The notes beneath the pieces are model-generated. The model made no database searches. It was given only the letters and a program-made list of their open reading frames with translations, and had not been told where the DNA came from. A program made the translations under genes and the position numbers. DNA of 64,000 nucleotides from Selaginella moellendorffii (taxonomy: Eukaryota; Plantae; Lycopodiophyta), in contig NW_003314331.1 of NCBI RefSeq assembly GCF_000143415.4, forward strand, positions 230,244 through 294,243, read 5' to 3'. How positions within the stretch are numbered: position 1 is the first letter of the stretch; every line of letters begins with the position of its first letter. Shown here in pieces: positions 58,626-64,000 of the stretch.

Positions 58626-60216
58626 ATGGAGCTTCGATTTCATCGGTGGACGCTCTTTTCTAGTGATCCAGGGCGTGATTTCGCAGGAATGGAGCTCCGC
58701 CATGCGTATTTCCTTGGGAGCTTCCAGCAATGCGGCCGCGATGCTACAGGTATTGCGCAAGATTCTTGCGCTAGAGCTGTGGATCGATGCTTTTCTTGCG
58801 TTTCTCCAGCGCTCCAGCAGAGATTATCGCGATGGAGCGCCATGGCCGTGGGCAATGGGTCCCTATTATCGGATTTCCATACAGAGGCTTCCAAGACTGG
58901 GCATGGATCGGTGGAAGTAGCTCACAGGAGGATCTTGTTTGCGGCCGGGGGCACTGGCGGCCATGTCTATCCTGCGATTAGCATCGCGCAGGCAATCCAG
59001 GAGCTCCAGCCCAGCGCGGAGATCGAATTCGTGGGGACCAAGGACAGGATGGAATGGCGGGCAGTGCCACGAGCAGGATATATCATCAGGGACATTCCAG
59101 CGGCTGGATTGAAGAGGCCAGTTCTATCTCCAGAGAACTTTTGGCTGCCTTTCAAGCTCTTGGTGTCTATCATCGCTTGCTGGCGGATCCTTTCCAAGTT
59201 TAAGCCGGACGTGGTGGTGGGAACTGGCGGCTATGTGTCCGGGCCTCTGTGCTTGGCGGCGGCGCTGCGAAGAATTCCACTCGTTCTCCAGGAACAAAAC
59301 TCTCAGCCGGGCCTCACGAACAAGATCTTGGGACGATTTGCGAGGGTGGTGTTTGTGGCTTTCGCTGGAGCCGCGGCTCACTTCGCTCGGGACCGGTGCT
59401 TGGTCAGTGGCAATCCCACGAGACTGGGATTCAACCGGTACGTTTCTTCGCTGGTGGCGAGGAGATTGTTCTTCCCGGAGGATGAGAGCTGTGCGACGAA
59501 GAAGGAAGTGGTGCTTGTGCTGGGTGGATCTCTCGGTGCTAAGTCCGTCAACATGGCCTTGTCCAGCTTCGTTTTGGAGAGCCTTGGAAGGAATTCTCGA
59601 CGTTACATCATCTGGCAAACTGGATCGCAGTACTACAAGCAGGTTTTGGAAAGTGTCGGCTCGGGGCATTCTCGACTGGCAATCCACGGGTAGGTTTGTA
59701 GAAAGTTCTTGCCTCTCCATCTCTAATGTTTTTCTTGGTTTCAGGTTTATAGAATCCATGGAAACAGCGTATGCAGCAGCAGATCTCGTGGTGGCTCGCG
59801 CTGGCGCGATAACTTGCAGCGAGATCTTGGTTGCTGGCAAACCATCGATTCTTGTAAGTAGTCTCTCAAAATCTTTTCTGACAATAAAAATGCTGTTTTG
59901 CTTTTCGCAGATTCCATCTCCAAACGTGACCGACGACCACCAAACGCAAAACGCGAGGAGCTTGGAGGAAGCGGGCGTGGCGAGTGTTTTAGCGGACAGT
60001 TCCTTGCAATCCTCGCCACGAATTCTGGCCGATGCGATCGACGAGCTTCTGGGTAAACTTCGATCAAAATCGTTTGCCAGTTCCTATTTGGATTTTCCTC
60101 CAGGTGATCGGCAACGCCTAGACAAGATGGCAATGAAAGCACTCGATCTAGCAATTCCAGACGCCGCTGCGCGAATCGCCCAGAAAATCCTCGACATCGT
60201 CAACACGAATTCGTAG
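58626..60216 (+). CDS. murG: MurG (GT28 undecaprenyl-PP-MurNAc-pentapeptide GlcNAc transferase) with N-terminal extension, 4 exons
   Basis: GGTGGHVYPA, GTGGYVSGP, EQNSQPGLTNK, SGNPTR, LGGSLGA, WQTG, ADLVVARAGA, PSP..DDHQTQNA. Confidence 0.95.
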
Positions 60217-60409
60217 TTCTTGGCGCGATTATTTTAAAATTTTGAAATTTGAAAGTCCACGTCGCGTGGTCGATTCGCATCCCTTGTACTTGACAAAAGA
60301 TCTCTACGCTGTGCGTTTCTCACTTTGACACGCTACGTCTGGGCTACGTACAGCTCTACCATTCCTCGCGAGCTCGATCACGTTTCCCTCGAGCTCGATC
60401 GCGATTCCA

Positions 60410-61405
60410 ATGGCCGATCTCCAGCGAGTGGCGATTCTCCGCAGCACTGTTGTAGGAATCCAGCTCCCCAGGTCCGGGAGGCTAGTTTCTTCACAAAAAT
60501 CAGGCCTAGGGCATCACAGGAGCTCCTTGTTCTTGGATCGAAGAACCAGCCAATCGATCAGGGCCAGTGTGGGCGATCGCGATCGGAATGGAGAGGGCCG
60601 AGAGGAGATTCCAGACACCTGCGATGGATTTCTCAAGCGGGTATCATCGCGAGGATACGATGAGAGAAGGAAGCTAGAGCAAAATCTCGAGTCCGGGAGC
60701 TACGATGGTATAGTCCTTCTCTTTTGGTGGATTCTTCTTTGTGGATCTAGGAGAATCTAGTCTCTGATATTTTTGTCTCTCTTATAGTGTTGGATTCCAA
60801 TCCATGGCGGGACGATTCCAAGGCCGTGTATGTTCTTGCGGAGGAGGAGAATCAGCTCATCACCATGAGAACTCGGCGTGAACGAAGGTGGGATTTCTTT
60901 CTCCCAAAGGAATTTAGTTCTCTATCGATCGATTGAGTGATTGGCAGTGAAGTGGAGGAGGAATTGAGCTTGCTCTTCCCGAAGCGCGGCAATAGATCAC
61001 GCGGGAGACGTGGAATCTCGTTTCGGATGCAAGTGGAAGACATTCGCCCGGGCGTCCTGGTAAGAGATCTCTTTCATTCTTTTTCATCGAAAATGTCCAT
61101 GGATTTCGATCGATTTTAGCGATGATCCATCCAGGTTTTTGAGGACGAGGACGAAGCCGCGCGCTACTGCAGCCTCCTAGACGGGAGCTGCCGAGGAATC
61201 GCGGAGATCGAAGCATCAGATGTGAGGCGATCGATCGACCAAATTCCTAGCGCTAATGCGATCGCGAATTCTCTTGCAGGTTTTCGCGATGTGCCAGAAG
61301 AACAAGGCGCTGGCGGTGCTCTTCCGGCGAGGCGCGATTCCACCGCGGCCCGACCGCCTCCAAAGAACCCTAAACGCGCGAAACCACTCATTGGAAGATA
61401 ATTAG
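60410..61405 (+). CDS. Putative plastid protein with DUF3110-like C-terminus, 5 exons
   Basis: Transit-peptide-like N-terminus. Spliced exons give GVLVFEDEDEAARYCSLL...IAEIEASDVFAMC...LAVLFRRGAIPP, ending at TAG 61405. Confidence 0.7.
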
Positions 61406-61547
61406 CCTAATATAAGTAGTCCAATCCTGAGCCGTCCGATTGAGGCCCGGATATTCCTTCTTTCATGGCTTCCGGTTCGATTCCGAAAGCTTGCAAGGGT
61501 TAACTTAGGCTTGAGAGCGCCCCGGCATCGCGTGTTCTTCGCTCGTC

Positions 61548-63828
61548 ATGGATTCCGTGGATACTTTCATCGGCATCACAGGCGCTCCGCGCGCCGTGGC
61601 AATCCGGATGCTCCAGGTAGGGCTCTCGTCCGAGGAAACGATATTATCGTCTTGCCCCGGGATTTCTTAGCTGATGGATCCTCGCAGGAGAATCGTGGCG
61701 AGCTCAATGCTGCTGTGAACGCGTTCTTCGGCGAATCGGACACCCCTGTGTACGTAGAATCTCGAGATTGTGGCTTCGATCCCTCCTTACCTTTTTTGTT
61801 TGCTCTTGTTCTTCCTCGCAGGCCTCCTTCACAGCCAGAGGAACCCGAAAGAGTGGATTACATGGACGAGGACGAGCCGGTTATTCCAGCGGCTCAGCCG
61901 AGAGGTTTAGGACTTCCGCCCTGGGAAGTTCCTCTTCCCAGACCAACGTTTGATCCTCTGGGAAGTCTTTTTGGTGGGAGAGGGATTGTCCCCGACATCG
62001 TTCCTCCATTCGTCTCTCATCCGAGAGACGTGAGGAACGTCCCGATTGATTGGCAGGATCCCGCTCCACCGCCGCCACCTCCGAATCTCTCCATTGAGGA
62101 GGTTACTGGACTTGAGAATGTGCCCCGTAGTCCTGGAGGTGGGATTGTTAGTATGGAGGATGATGCGCCACCTTTTCCTGGTTTTTATCCTCGGAGGAGT
62201 CCAGAGCGCGGTGCCACGGAAGATCCCGAACTGGAAGAGCAAATGGTCAGAGCGGCCATTGAAGCGTCAAAGATGGATCCCGAGACAGGAGCTGTAAGTG
62301 TTCTTCTTTTCGTTTTACAAGGTCTTTTCTAACGATTTCAGGGCTCTGCAGGATTCCGCAAGTCAATCTGTGCCGGGTACTGAAGACGATGACATTGCCC
62401 GTGCGGTTTCGCTATCCTTGAAGGTACACTCGGAGTTTTCTCGTAAAGAGTTTTATGGTTGAAGCGTTTTACCTTAGACTGCAGAGGACGAGAAGAGGTT
62501 TCGAGATTTACTCTCGCAGCCGGAAGATACAGCAAGGTATGCTTGATCGCTGCCGTTTCTGCAAGACGTGATTGTTTCTATTGCAGGGGAGAGAATCCAA
62601 GTACTGGTCCAAGCAGTTTCCCGACACGGAACGTCATCCAGGAGCCAGAGGAAACTCCTGACGAGCAGCCTTTACTCAGACGCAGACAGAGGCGCGTTGT
62701 TCCAATAGTGGAGGAGCCTGCTGCCGAGGAAGCCTTTGAGAGACAGCCACGAAGTGCTGACGAAGAGCATCGTCCAAGTGCGCCGCAGCCCAATGGCGAC
62801 ATGATCCCCGCTGACGAGGTAGAGGATCTCTGCAGAAAGAAAGTCAGTGCTGACGCTCTCGACTTGTCATGCAATCTTCAGTGGGCAGGAATATCCTCGG
62901 AGGAGCAGGACGAAGCAGTGATGCTGGAGGCGGCGTTTTTTGGTGGACTTCCCGACATCCAGTATCGTCCAACACCTGAGTTCGCTGCTGCTAGCGCCGC
63001 CGATGTGTCAAGTTCTCGCCCCCAGCAGCCGCTTTCACCCTCCGTCGTTGCGCAACGGCTGTTGCGTGAGCAGCAGGTACTTTGATCTTCTGTGGTTTTT
63101 TCTACTTTTCCCTTCCTGGGAAAACGAAAGAAGTTTTTCCATTTTATCACTCCATGATTCCAGGATGATGAATACCTGGCCTCGCTAGCGGCCGACAGAG
63201 AGAAAGAGGTGAAAGCGAAGCAAGACGCCGAGGCCGCGAGCGAGATGGAGAAGCTCCGGCGGCAGGAGGAGCAGCGCAGATCCGAGGCAGCAGCGGTAAG
63301 CGCTCCCTCCTTTGTCTCGTTTTCCTTGTTTGTTTCCTTGCAACTGAGTGTGTGATGTGAACAGGAGCTGGAGAGAAAGCTGGCGACCAAGGCCGAGTCG
63401 CTGCCAGCCGAGCCAACGCAAGAGGACGATCAAGCCGTGACGATTCTCGTTCGCTTGCCAGACGGTAGCCGGCACGGCCGCCGATTCAGAAAGTCAGACA
63501 AGCTCCAGGTGAGCTAAGTGCATCCGCACTGACACACATGTCGAGATATCATCAATCTCATATCTTTTTACGTGTCTCTCGCAGAATCTCTTCGATTTTA
63601 TTGACCTCAGCCGAGCAGTGGAGCCTGGCACCTATAGGCTGGTATGTTTCCTCCCAAATCCTTTAGTCGCTCCTCGGTTTTGATTCGATTTGGATGGATT
63701 GGAAAAATTTTCTTTCTCAGGTGAGACAGTATCCGCGAAGAGCTTTTACTGGTGACGACCACGCTGCGTCGTTTGATAGCTTGGGCCTCACGAGCAAGCA
63801 GGAAGCACTGTTCCTGGAAACCATTTAA
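61548..63828 (+). CDS. PUX: Plant UBX-domain protein (PUX; UBA-like, UIMs, UBX)
   Basis: N-terminal DTFIGITGA...LNAAVNAFF; UIM-like [13 protein letters not shown]; [13 protein letters not shown]; [16 protein letters not shown]...[10 protein letters not shown]...QEALFLETI*. Confidence 0.9.
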
Positions 63829-64000
63829 AGCGCGAATGAGAGAACGCGAAAGAATAGAAAGAAATCGCGAGGAAGAGCTTCTCTTCTTTTTTTTTGGACG
63901 GGGATTTGGCGCGAGCGATTTTTTGTGTGTATCTACGAGGGAATATTGGGCGTGGTATATTCCATCGAGCTCCAAAACTCACCTTTTTACGAATATTTTA

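Overview
Gene-dense plant nuclear DNA with ~50-60 bp GT-AG introns, PLS-class PPR genes and a plastid-type MurG; by inference a lycophyte such as Selaginella. The flanks hold ordinary genes: VDAC, a kelch protein, LBD and an AHK5-like histidine kinase at 1-7.3 kb; tRNA-Gly, an ARM/TPR gene, MurG, a DUF3110-like gene and a PUX gene at 53.5-64 kb. The ~46 kb between is a rearranged mosaic with four components. (1) An inverted duplication with ~8-9 kb arms carrying PPR / RNase H-like / 5'-3' exonuclease / PPR. (2) A ~5-7 kb direct duplication with CTF18 and PPR remnants. (3) Many gene fragments (GH3, RPL24, MurG, a PAN-like gene, an RLK, DUF3444), several copied from inside this window. (4) A family of AT-rich, intronless ~280-aa genes, each encoding two retropepsin-like aspartic protease domains in one chain with no gag/RT/integrase: two intact divergent copies, two pseudogenes, and a fold-back hairpin made from the gene's 3' end. 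The protease family is the best candidate for an undescribed system. All assignments come from reading motifs by eye; no searches were run, and pseudogene and repeat boundaries are approximate.
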